A stretch of 64,000 nucleotides of DNA from a virus (Duplodnaviria > Caudoviricetes). Location: IMG/VR virus record IMGVR_UViG_3300024270_000002; one strand, written 5' to 3'. A program made the position numbers and the translations under genes. The notes under the pieces are model-generated. The model was given only the letters and a program-made list of their open reading frames with translations, did no database searches and was not told the DNA's origin. Below, in pieces: positions 48,441 to 57,109 of the stretch (its first letter is position 1; each line of letters begins with the position of its first letter).

Positions 48441-49280
48441 ATGTCGAAAAACTTAATTTGTGTTTGTGGCGAAGAGTTTGATAATTCCCAAAAATTTAAT
48501 AGTCATAAAAGCCACTGTAAAGAACATTATATACATAAATATGGTAGCTTAGTAGAATATGAGGCACACAAAGCTTCTAAGCACAAGGCTGCAGGCAAAG
48601 CTTTACAAGTAAAAGCCGAAACAAATAAGCAAACTGCACTTGCTGCTTGGGTTGCTGAGCGACATAAATGTGAACGCTGTGGTGAACTTATGACTGCTAA
48701 GTTTGGGTCGGGGCGCTTTTGTTCAAGAACTTGTGCAAATGCTCGGGATCATTCTGAATGGACAAAAGAAAAGATCAGTCAGGCGCTTATCAAGCCTGAA
48801 GAGCTAAAAGTAAAAAGAATTAGACCAAAAACTGAGCCTAAGCCTAAAGTAATTAAAACTCAAGAGACTAAGGTATGTGCTGTTTGTGGAATAGCTATTA
48901 GTAAACATAGCGCTACGGGTTTCTGTTCTAAACATTTAACAGAACATAAGCAACAGTTAAAGTTGCAACATTGGCTTGAAACTGGCGATATTGGTATGGC
49001 TGTTGATACTACTATTCGTGGTATTTTTAGAGATTATATTCTAGAACAGCAAAATCATTGTTGTGCTATTTGTGGCATGTCAGATACTTGGAATAATAAA
49101 CCATTAACCTTTGTATTAGATCATATTAATGGAGATGCTGCTTATTCATCTCGTGAAAATCTTAGACTGATTTGCCCAAATTGCGATAGTCAGTTAGATA
49201 CTTTTAAATCTAAAAATAAGAATTCAGCACGAACTAAACGTAAAGAATTTTTACGTGAAATACGTGAAGAAGATAAATAA
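48441..49280 (+). CDS. HNH homing endonuclease with Zn fingers
   Basis: CAICG...LDHINGD...NLRLICPNC. Confidence 0.85.
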   Translation: MSKNLICVCGEEFDNSQKFNSHKSHCKEHYIHKYGSLVEYEAHKASKHKAAGKALQVKAETNKQTALAAWVAERHKCERCGELMTAKFGSGRFCSRTCANARDHSEWTKEKISQALIKPEELKVKRIRPKTEPKPKVIKTQETKVCAVCGIAISKHSATGFCSKHLTEHKQQLKLQHWLETGDIGMAVDTTIRGIFRDYILEQQNHCCAICGMSDTWNNKPLTFVLDHINGDAAYSSRENLRLICPNCDSQLDTFKSKNKNSARTKRKEFLREIREEDK

Positions 49281-49281
49281 T

Positions 49282-49374
49282 GGAGGAATACTCAAGCTGG
49301 CCGAAGAGAGTGCTCTTGAAAAGTACCAGGACGTTAGCTGCGTCGCGGGGGTTCAAATCCCTCTTCCTCCGCCA
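49282..49374 (+). tRNA. tRNA-Ser(UGA)
   Basis: Loop CTTGAAA, long variable arm, CCA. Confidence 0.92.
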
Positions 49375-49527
49375 TAAAACAAATAGTGTAATAGTGTTAA
49401 AAGTACGATCAATAAAATAGACACCTGCGAGATTAAGCAATCCTTAACGTTGAGATATTATGGACTCAAGTTTAAGTAGGTCCCAGTTGGAGAATCGGGA
49501 GTCTGGGTTACATTATTAAGTATTTAT

Positions 49528-49604
49528 GGGCCATTAGCTTAGTTGGTTAAAGCCACCGGCTCATAACCGGTCGAGCCGAGGTTCGAGTCCTCGATGGCCC
49601 ACCA
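49528..49604 (+). tRNA. tRNA-CAU (probably Ile2)
   Basis: GGGCCAT acceptor; ACCGG-CTCATAA-CCGGT. Confidence 0.88.
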
Positions 49605-49670
49605 AAAATATATAAGAAAGTAGAGGTATTCATTATGCGATTATAAATTTTAATTAAGGAGTAAACGCAA

Positions 49671-50048
49671 ATGAATAACAGACATAAGTATTTCAGAAAT
49701 CTTCGCTACAAGCAGAAACTTGAAGCCAGATATGATAACTGGGGTGAACATCACACTGGAATTTATTTTACTACAGAAGAGCCTGATCCTAGAAACATTA
49801 GAGAGCATCAGCATGCTAGATGGTTTAGAAATGAAAAGTTTCTTGGACATGATTGGTATCTTTGCTGGCATCGTCCTGAAGTACCTTACAGTATTAGGGA
49901 ATATACTTATCATACCAGTAGCTGGAAACAGCTTATGAAGCAGCAGACCTCGAGACGTAATCGTCGTATTAAAATTACAGAAGATGATGTTGCTGTAAGA
50001 GAAAAAGGTTTCTACAAAAAAGTAGAAGATCGTTGGAATTATGACTAA
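49671..50048 (+). CDS. hypothetical basic protein
   Basis: AAGGAG RBS. Confidence 0.65.
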   Translation: MNNRHKYFRNLRYKQKLEARYDNWGEHHTGIYFTTEEPDPRNIREHQHARWFRNEKFLGHDWYLCWHRPEVPYSIREYTYHTSSWKQLMKQQTSRRNRRIKITEDDVAVREKGFYKKVEDRWNYD

Positions 50049-50468
50049 AACTTTGATCATTGATATTGTATAATATAATAAGCTGAATAGTGAGTAAAAA
50101 TCCATTCCTGGTATGCTTTCACGTACAGACTCTATCAACAAGGACCTGTACAATCCTATGATAGAGGAAGGCAGAGATTAGCGCAAAGATGGTGTAAGGG
50201 GAGCATCTGCAGCGGTTTGAGTGCTGCGGGGATCCGTTCGAATCGGATGAGCGTGCCAAACAAGAAAAATCTCTTAAAAATACTGCGAATGAAAAAGATG
50301 TGCCCACAAACTAGACTTACTACTTATTAAATTAATCACACATAAAGTAGCATTTAGTCTGGGAGTAAAAATGGATTGAAGATTAATAAGCAACTTTTCC
50401 TTGACGGTGCGCAACGGCTCGGAAACACATCTCCTATGTCTGAAACTGATATAGTTCAGCTTTTATTT

Positions 50469-50545
50469 CGCTCTGTAGCTCAGTTGGTTAGAGCAACCGG
50501 TTCATACCCGGTAGGTCCTTGGTTCAAATCCAAGCGGAGCGACCA
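50469..50545 (+). tRNA. tRNA-Met(CAU)
   Basis: ACCGG-TTCATAC-CCGGT; CCA. Confidence 0.9.
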
Positions 50546-50575
50546 TTAAAAATAAAAATATTGTGAGGTAAGTTT

Positions 50576-50899
50576 ATGAGTAGAACTAGAGCTTATACAC
50601 GTAAAATGAGAGCCAAGGCAATCAAGCGTAAGAAGAGAATTGTTTCTAATTGGCGTTGGTTTGAAAGTGGATATTATCCTCACGATGGTATGTATTCCAA
50701 AAATAAGATTCATTGTTCTTGTCCTCTTTGTAAGAGTAAAGCTTATTATGGAAAGCATCTTTTTACAAGGCAAGAAGTACACGCTCTCTTGAAGCTTCAA
50801 GAGGCAGAAAGAGAATGTACATATAATGAAGCTACTGGTACTTTTAGTATTGCTTCAGGTAATAGCGACGCAAATCAGAAGGTATCATGGGCAGAATAA
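50576..50899 (+). CDS. hypothetical protein (HCSCPLC motif)
   Basis: GAGGT RBS; KNKIHCSC motif. Confidence 0.7.
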   Translation: MSRTRAYTRKMRAKAIKRKKRIVSNWRWFESGYYPHDGMYSKNKIHCSCPLCKSKAYYGKHLFTRQEVHALLKLQEAERECTYNEATGTFSIASGNSDANQKVSWAE

Positions 50900-50900
50900 T

Positions 50901-50984
50901 GCAGGTGTAGCCGAATGGCATAGGCGCTAGTTTGAGGTACTAGTGGGTAACACCGTATGGGTTCAAGTCCCATCACCTGCACCA
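50901..50984 (+). tRNA. tRNA-Leu(GAG)
   Basis: CTAGT-TTGAGGT-ACTAG; CCA. Confidence 0.92.
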
Positions 50985-51186
50985 TAACCCTGACGACCGG
51001 AAAGTTAAATAATAGTGCACATATTATTTAGATTGGTCCTATCCGGCGCCTAAAGATTGTGTGATGAGCAGCGTGGTCCAGATGCTCCAGGGTTTAAAAT
51101 TAAGTAGCAATAAACAGTTCAATTTAAGTTTTCATTCCAAATTATTAGCTAAATTAAATGAGAATGAAAATAAGTTGAGGTTTAGC

Positions 51187-52131
51187 ATGTCTGAATTTTT
51201 TGTTTATTACGGTAAATCTAACACTAAATATCCTGCAACAGAATGTACTTGCGTTTTTTGTGGAAAAACTTTTTTAAAGGCTAATCGTTGGTTACAAAGT
51301 CGACCATTGCACGTTTGTAGTCGTGAGTGCAGCGTCGCCTATAAAGCCAAGCTTAGGTCAGATAGCTGGGCAGCTGAACAACATAAATGTCAGCATTGTG
51401 GCAAATTAATGACTGAAAAGTTTGGCACTGGCCAGTTTTGTTCTAGAGCATGTGCTAATACTAGAAAGCATTCTGATGAAACTCGTAGAAAAATTTCGGT
51501 TGCATCTACAGCTTTTTATGACATCTCAAAACTTACTGAATCGTCTTCAGAGCTTACTTGTTTGCCGCTACGTCAGCACTATCAGTCAGTAACCAGCTAT
51601 GAAAAATCACCAAATTTTTGTATTATCTGTAATACAGTTTTGCCCTATGAAAAACGGCATAATAAGACGTGTAGTAAAGCATGTAAAAATAAACTTGCGT
51701 CAATAAATGCAGTTAAAAATCAAAATGGCGGTTTAACTTCTGGCGGCGGTCCTAAGAGTACAAAACACGGTAAATATTGTGGTTTTAATTGTGATAGTAT
51801 TTATGAGTTAGTTTATCTTATTTATTGTTTAGATCACAATATTAAAATTGAACGTAATAAACAATATTTTACTTATGAATTTGAGGGTAAAATAAGAAAG
51901 TATTATCCAGATTTTTATCTTCCAGAAACTGATACATTAATTGAGCTTAAGGGTTATAAAGATTCTAAAGTTGATTTAAAATTACAAGCAGTACTTAACT
52001 CAGGAAAAGAAATTAAGATCTTGTATAAACAAGATTTATTGCCTTATTTTGAATATGTAGGAAAAACTTATAACAAAAAATATCATACAGATTATAATAA
52101 TATTGAAGAGCTTTATGATGAAAGCTGGTAA
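51187..52131 (+). CDS. PD-(D/E)XK-type homing endonuclease with Zn fingers
   Basis: DSIYELVY...YYPDFYL...IELKG; CSRxC repeats. Confidence 0.75.
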   Translation: MSEFFVYYGKSNTKYPATECTCVFCGKTFLKANRWLQSRPLHVCSRECSVAYKAKLRSDSWAAEQHKCQHCGKLMTEKFGTGQFCSRACANTRKHSDETRRKISVASTAFYDISKLTESSSELTCLPLRQHYQSVTSYEKSPNFCIICNTVLPYEKRHNKTCSKACKNKLASINAVKNQNGGLTSGGGPKSTKHGKYCGFNCDSIYELVYLIYCLDHNIKIERNKQYFTYEFEGKIRKYYPDFYLPETDTLIELKGYKDSKVDLKLQAVLNSGKEIKILYKQDLLPYFEYVGKTYNKKYHTDYNNIEELYDESW

Positions 52132-52144
52132 ATATTATTTATGT

Positions 52145-52224
52145 GGGGTTGTAGCGTAATTGGCTAGCGCGCCTGCCTTCCAAGCAGGAGATTTTTGCGA
52201 GTTCAAGTCTCGTCAGCCCCTCCA
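52145..52224 (+). tRNA. tRNA-Gly(UCC)
   Basis: CCTGC-CTTCCAA-GCAGG; U73-CCA. Confidence 0.88.
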
Positions 52225-52228
52225 TTAT

Positions 52229-52304
52229 GGTAGTATGGCCAAGTTGGTTAAGGCAACGGTCTGCAAAATCGGTATCATTGGTTCGAGTCCAATTACTACC
52301 TCCA
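52229..52304 (+). tRNA. tRNA-Cys(GCA)
   Basis: Loop CTGCAAA; U73-CCA. Confidence 0.9.
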
Positions 52305-52310
52305 ACATAT

Positions 52311-52387
52311 GGTAGCCGTAGCTCAGTTGGTAGAGCGTCAGATTGTGGCTCTGAATGTCACGTGTTCGATTCACGCCGGTTACCCCA
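52311..52387 (+). tRNA. tRNA-His(GUG)
   Basis: G-1/C73; TCAGA-TTGTGGC-TCTGA. Confidence 0.92.
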
Positions 52388-52702
52388 GCATATCTTATTA
52401 TAGGAAACCATGGGCCTGATAAGAAACTTCGATATATAGAAATAGAATAAGAAGGCTGAGTCCGTCGGTGCAGAGCAATATGAGAGAATGACTAACGGAC
52501 TACTCTCAAAAAATATTTAGCATAAAATAATTTGCTAAATTATACAAACGTCCGTAGGCAAGTATTAAAAGCCACTAAGACAATAGGAAGCTTCAACATT
52601 GGAACACTCGGAGGGCCAACTCCACATTTATCCGTTAGTATAAGGTTGTGAAATCCATAGAAGCTGCGTGAGGTTGCAACTACTCACCGGACAATTTTTA
52701 AT

Positions 52703-52781
52703 GGGGGATGGGACTGCTTGGGGTGGTCGCCAGTTTTGCAAACTGGATTTCAGATGGGTTCGAATCCCATATCCTCCACCA
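52703..52781 (+). tRNA. tRNA-Ala(UGC)
   Basis: G3-U70 pair; CCAGT-TTTGCAA-ACTGG. Confidence 0.85.
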
Positions 52782-52850
52782 TACAAACGCTCAGTTCACT
52801 TTTGTGAGTCGGTGTACAACGATCATCTTCGGAGGCTGAGCTTAAATTAT

Positions 52851-52927
52851 GCAGGCTTAACTCAGTTGGCCAGAGTGCGATCCTTACAAGTTCGAAGTCG
52901 GGAGTTCAAGTCTCTCAGCCTGCACCA
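52851..52927 (+). tRNA. tRNA-Val(UAC)
   Basis: Loop CTTACAA; CCA. Confidence 0.9.
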
Positions 52928-53131
52928 GACGAGTTCGGTTTATACTAGTTTTGTCGAATAACAAAGTCGAGAGACGAAAGGATGTTCCTCGAAGAGGTTG
53001 CAAACTCAGAGAGTTAGAAAGGTATGTAGTCCGCTCGTTGCCAATTAAATAGATAGTAAAAGGGACTCATAAGGCTGACGAGAAGTGTAGGCACTGAGGC
53101 CGGCTCGACTCCGGCTGCTATCTTTATATTT

Positions 53132-53276
53132 CGGGATGTGGCTCAGTTTGGCTAGAGCACGTGATTTGGTCGGAATGATGTTAAGTAGCATACATTATAA
53201 ATGAAGTGTGGGTTCAAATCCCATTTTCGGCACCAGGATCACGGGGTCGCAGGTTCGAATCCTGTCATCCCGACCA
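53132..53276 (+). tRNA. tRNA-Pro(UGG) interrupted by nested tRNA-like element 53169-53235
   Basis: CGGGATG/CATCCCG; TTTG|GGA loop restored on removing insert. Confidence 0.87.
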
Positions 53277-53279
53277 TAT

Positions 53280-53355
53280 GGAAAGTTGACGTACACGGTT
53301 GGCGTGCTGGACTGAAAATCCAGAGACTCTGGTTCGACTCCAGAACTTTCCACCA
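53280..53355 (+). tRNA. tRNA-Phe(GAA)
   Basis: CTGGA-CTGAAAA-TCCAG; CCA. Confidence 0.88.
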
Positions 53356-53388
53356 TTATTTTACTTAAATTTACGGTGAGGTATATTT

Positions 53389-54000
53389 ATGGCAGAGTTT
53401 TGTAAAGAGTGCTTTTTAACAAAGATTGATTCTTCAGTTAATCCTGATAATCTTGTTTTAAGTACAGAAGCAACTCTTTGTGAAGGCTGCGGTGAAAATA
53501 AGCCTGTTGTATTAGAAGTAGATAATACACCTAAGCTTACTATCGCTGAATGTCAGGTAGAAACTCAGAAGCATATTGAGGCTGTTAGAAAGTATATCAG
53601 ATTTATGATTGATAAGATTGATATGCGCGGCGTAAAGCATGATGCTTCTAAGCTTGAGAGTCCTGAAGTAGAAGTATTTGCAGAGTATACACCAAAATTG
53701 AATAATACAACATTCGGTAGTGAAGAGTACTATCAGAATTTAGATCATATGAAGTCTGCTTTAGATCATCATTATGCATCTAATCGCCACCATCCGGAGC
53801 ATTTTGTTAATGGAATTAATGATATGACATTAATTGATATTTTAGAAATGTTTTGCGACTGGAAGGCAAGCACTCTTAGACATAATGATGGAAATCTGCT
53901 GAAGAGCATTGAAACAAATGCTGAGCGCTTTAACATGGAAGGTCAGCTTAAACAGATTTTAATCAATACTGCTAGAATGATTGACGAACATGAAGATTAA
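53389..54000 (+). CDS. DUF5662-family HD-like protein with N-terminal Zn finger
   Basis: HDASKL...HHY..NRHHPEH...EMFCDW. Confidence 0.75.
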   Translation: MAEFCKECFLTKIDSSVNPDNLVLSTEATLCEGCGENKPVVLEVDNTPKLTIAECQVETQKHIEAVRKYIRFMIDKIDMRGVKHDASKLESPEVEVFAEYTPKLNNTTFGSEEYYQNLDHMKSALDHHYASNRHHPEHFVNGINDMTLIDILEMFCDWKASTLRHNDGNLLKSIETNAERFNMEGQLKQILINTARMIDEHED

Positions 54001-54056
54001 ATAAGCCTATAATATTGCTAGGTCTTATGGTCTAGCAATATTTTTATATTTAAATT

Positions 54057-54133
54057 GGGCGAGTAGTTCAGTTGATTAGAATTTCCGACTGATAATCGGG
54101 AGGTCGTAGGTTTGAGCCCTACCTCGCCCACCA
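54057..54133 (+). tRNA. tRNA-Ile(GAU)
   Basis: TCCGA-CTGATAA-TCGGG; CCA. Confidence 0.9.
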
Positions 54134-54417
54134 AAGTTTGTGCGTAGCTAATAATAAACGCTCACCGCAAGGGAAGAGGGAAAGCAGCGGTATATAAGTA
54201 GCATCACCGAACCTTATATTGACTCCCTGTGAGAGCCTTGATTGACGCAGTATAAGTGAGTCCAAAAGCCTTGATAGTAAGACTGGGGTTGAATGCAAGT
54301 AGGCATCTTTGGTGCAGTACGCTAAAAGCTATCTGAAATACCTCTGGCAAATATGTAAATTTTTAAATTTTTATTGTATAATATATTATAGTGTTTTATA
54401 AAAAGGAACTTTAATAT

Positions 54418-54969
54418 ATGTTACTAAAAAATAATGAGGTAATGGAAAAAATTCTTAAGGAAACTGAAGAAAAAAAGATTCACGTACTGTATTATAAATT
54501 AGGAGCAAATATGCAAGCTCTTAATAAAACGATGATGCAGCTTAGAAGATTGTACGGTGACAGAATTATTGCATTACCTCAGGATATAGCTAAGCTTGAA
54601 AATAATGCATTGTCTATTCAAGATCTTCTTAATATCAGAATGACTATTAATATGCTGATTATGGATAAGCTTAGAGCTGAAAATGATGTACTTCAACCAC
54701 CAGATATGAGAGTTGGTGCTGTTATGCCACCTAATGCTGGACGAGTGCCACAGAGTCAAAATGTGATACCTCAGATGACACCAGTTGCAGGCCCTAGTAA
54801 CATAACAGTACAGCCAGGAAACATGCGTCAAGAAGGTGTATATCAGCCACAGAATGGTCCTCAGAGACCTCCGGCTCCGCCTACATCAGGCAGTAACGCA
54901 ACAAAACCTGCTGCTCGGTGGTTTAATCAAGGTATTAATTTACCGTTTACAAATGATGAAAGGAATTAA
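54418..54969 (+). CDS. hypothetical protein with Pro/Gln-rich C-terminus
   Basis: ORF after promoter and RBS. Confidence 0.7.
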   Translation: MLLKNNEVMEKILKETEEKKIHVLYYKLGANMQALNKTMMQLRRLYGDRIIALPQDIAKLENNALSIQDLLNIRMTINMLIMDKLRAENDVLQPPDMRVGAVMPPNAGRVPQSQNVIPQMTPVAGPSNITVQPGNMRQEGVYQPQNGPQRPPAPPTSGSNATKPAARWFNQGINLPFTNDERN

Positions 54970-54974
54970 TTAAA

Positions 54975-55106
54975 ATGACGATTGCTGATAATATTAAGGC
55001 TATTGATCTTAGAATTGCACTTCTCAAGTCTCGTGGCGAGACTATGAATATGCGGCTTATTCGTAAGCTTGAGCGGAGAAAGCGCGCTCTGCAGACTCAA
55101 GCTTGA
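54975..55106 (+). CDS. small basic protein (MTIADNIKAIDLRIALLKSRG..., 43 aa)
   Basis: AAGGA RBS, directly follows upstream gene. Confidence 0.55.
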   Translation: MTIADNIKAIDLRIALLKSRGETMNMRLIRKLERRKRALQTQA

Positions 55107-55280
55107 GTTAATATAAAACACCATTATTGCAGTTCAATTCTGCGCTCAGAGGTTCATCCCAGTAGAGTTTATTAGGTTAAAAACTGGGTGGGATATGGTT
55201 CGATTCCATTAGGGCATGAGGTAAATAATGTAAACCTAATTTAAAATTTTAAAAAATATATTGTATAATATATTATGTTT

Positions 55281-55371
55281 GGAGGAGTACTCAAGTTGGT
55301 TAAGAGGACGCACTGCTAACGCGTTAGGCCGGTAACACGGTGCGTGGGTTCGAACCCCACCTCCTCCGCCA
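55281..55371 (+). tRNA. tRNA-Ser(GCU)
   Basis: Loop CTGCTAA, long variable arm, CCA. Confidence 0.92.
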
Positions 55372-55375
55372 ATAT

Positions 55376-55478
55376 GGATAAGTATACAAGCAGACTAAGT
55401 AGGGTAACGTAATATCCGTTGTTTAAGCTAGTGCACTTTGTTTAAACAATATCGTTGGTGCAAATCCAACCTTGTCCA
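55376..55478 (+). pseudogene. degenerate Tyr-like tRNA with extended variable arm
   Basis: GGATAAG/CTTGTCC; 6-nt ACGTAA loop; GTTGTTTAAGC/GTTTAAACAAT arm. Confidence 0.5.
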
Positions 55479-55491
55479 CTATTTATTATAT

Positions 55492-55579
55492 GGGTCGGTA
55501 TGTCTAGTTGGCGATGACACCTGACTGTAAATCAGGCACACGAGAAACATCGGGGGTTCGACTCCCTCCCGGCCCACCA
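55492..55579 (+). tRNA. tRNA-Tyr(GUA)
   Basis: CCTGA-CTGTAAA-TCAGG; CCA. Confidence 0.85.
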
Positions 55580-55582
55580 TAT

Positions 55583-55754
55583 GGGTTGATTCGCACGGGG
55601 CGAATAAGTACTATAAGGAGCTATGAGAGTAAAAACTGTGGTGTGGAGATAAGCGCCCACTGCCACCTTGCGTGAGCGTACCGGTTAAGCTCGGATGGGT
55701 CTCCTCAGAAAATTATAAGAAAAAAGAGAGGTTCGAGTCCTCTATAACCCACCA
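55583..55754 (+). ncRNA. tRNA-like scaffold with ~120-nt structured insert
   Basis: GGGTTG/TAACCC-A-CCA; AGAGG-TTCGAGT-CCTCT. Confidence 0.55.
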
Positions 55755-55990
55755 TTTAGGAAATAGCTGATGTGTAAGGCATCTTGTCGGTAAGGAGACA
55801 ATAAACCCTTTATCAGTGTGCGGAGCGCGGTACTAAGGGACGCAGCTATAATTCTCCCGGACGCAGAATTATCCCAGGCAATTGTTGCAAGGTAGCGCTC
55901 AAGTTGCTGGATCTTATAACCAGAATCGTAGCGCAACGAAGAGGATGCTGACCGTAAACAACCTCTATAAAAACAACGGTCCATTAATAT

Positions 55991-56073
55991 GCGGGTGTGG
56001 TGTAATGGCAGCCACGTATGCCTTAGGAGCATATGCCTTGTGCGTGTGGGTTCGAATCCCACCACCCGCACCA
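55991..56073 (+). tRNA. tRNA-Leu(UAG)
   Basis: TATGC-CTTAGGA-GCATA; CCA. Confidence 0.92.
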
Positions 56074-56084
56074 ATAACTTTTAT

Positions 56085-56161
56085 GGCGGTGTAGTTCAGC
56101 TGGTTAGAACGCGTGCCTGTCACGCACGAGGTCCTCGGTTCAAGTCCGTGCATCGTCGCCA
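56085..56161 (+). tRNA. tRNA-Asp(GUC)
   Basis: CGTGC-CTGTCAC-GCACG; CCA. Confidence 0.92.
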
Positions 56162-56681
56162 CTTGTAGAAATGTTAGCAAAATAAGCCACTACAGCAAAC
56201 CAGAGGCGTGGGTAACCAATCCCACAGGGCTCGCTATGAGCTCTTGGGCACGGAAGCTGCTGGGTATCAAATCGGCGGATATGCGGTTGGTCGACCTTAA
56301 GATCACCATTAATTAAAAATATTATTGGTCGCTGTGGTATGAACACAGACGCTGTCGCAGGTCGTAGCGGCGGAGCAAGGACGCGGTGAACAGACGACGT
56401 TAGTAACCAGTCTAAATGAGGTAAGGGCCATAAGCTTGCGTAAAGTGGTGCGTCTTAGCGGACAATTCCACGCCAATAAGTTATATATCGTGAGGATAGA
56501 CGAAGCATCGAGTCGGGTCTCTCATCATATGAGGCTGACAACACTAGAAGTAAGTTTGAATGTATCAGCTGTAGACTAAGAAACTGCTTCTTGAAGTGAA
56601 AAATAGGTGATGTACTTCGGTACCATGTATTTAGTAGCAAGTTATAAGTAGGTTTAAGTCCTACCTTCACAACCATTATAT

Positions 56682-56758
56682 TGCCGCTTAGCTCAGTCGG
56701 TAGTAGCACGTGACTGTTAATCACGGTGTCCTGGGTTCGAGCCCCAGAGCGGCAGCCA
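56682..56758 (+). tRNA. tRNA-Asn(GUU)
   Basis: CGTGA-CTGTTAA-TCACG; CCA. Confidence 0.9.
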
Positions 56759-56933
56759 ATAGAGTAAGAGCTACTCAAAAAGCTATTGCAAAGCTTTATA
56801 AAGCTCCATGCGATGCGAAGATGCCGCAAGTGTCTCCTGTAATAAGCCACTATGCGAAAAAGCCGTTAATGGGCCTCTGCTAAACGTTAAATACAGAGGA
56901 AAAAGACTTGTGATACAGGTACAAGTCTATTAT

Positions 56934-57009
56934 GCTCGGTTAGTCAAGTTGGTCAAGACGCGGGCCCTTCAAGCCTGAGGCAGGAGTTCGAACCTCCTAC
57001 CGAGTACCA
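56934..57009 (+). tRNA. tRNA-Glu(UUC) (C33)
   Basis: CGGGC-CCTTCAA-GCCTG; CCA. Confidence 0.85.
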
Positions 57010-57013
57010 TATA

Positions 57014-57069
57014 GAGCCAATGCTTATTTCTAACGTAAATTTTGGGAATTTAAAAGTAGTAGCTTGGCC
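57014..57069 (+). ncRNA. bulged-stem small RNA copy 4 with Pro-type UUUGGGA loop
   Basis: GCCAA-T-GCT/AGC-TTGGC; TAAAT-TTTGGGA-ATTTA. Confidence 0.75.
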
Positions 57070-57109
57070 AAATTAAAAATTTAAAAAATATATTGTATAA
57101 TATATTATA

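Noticed and set aside
55583-55754. tmRNA
   Set aside because: Only 172 nt, no G3-U70 alanine determinant and no convincing tag reading frame.
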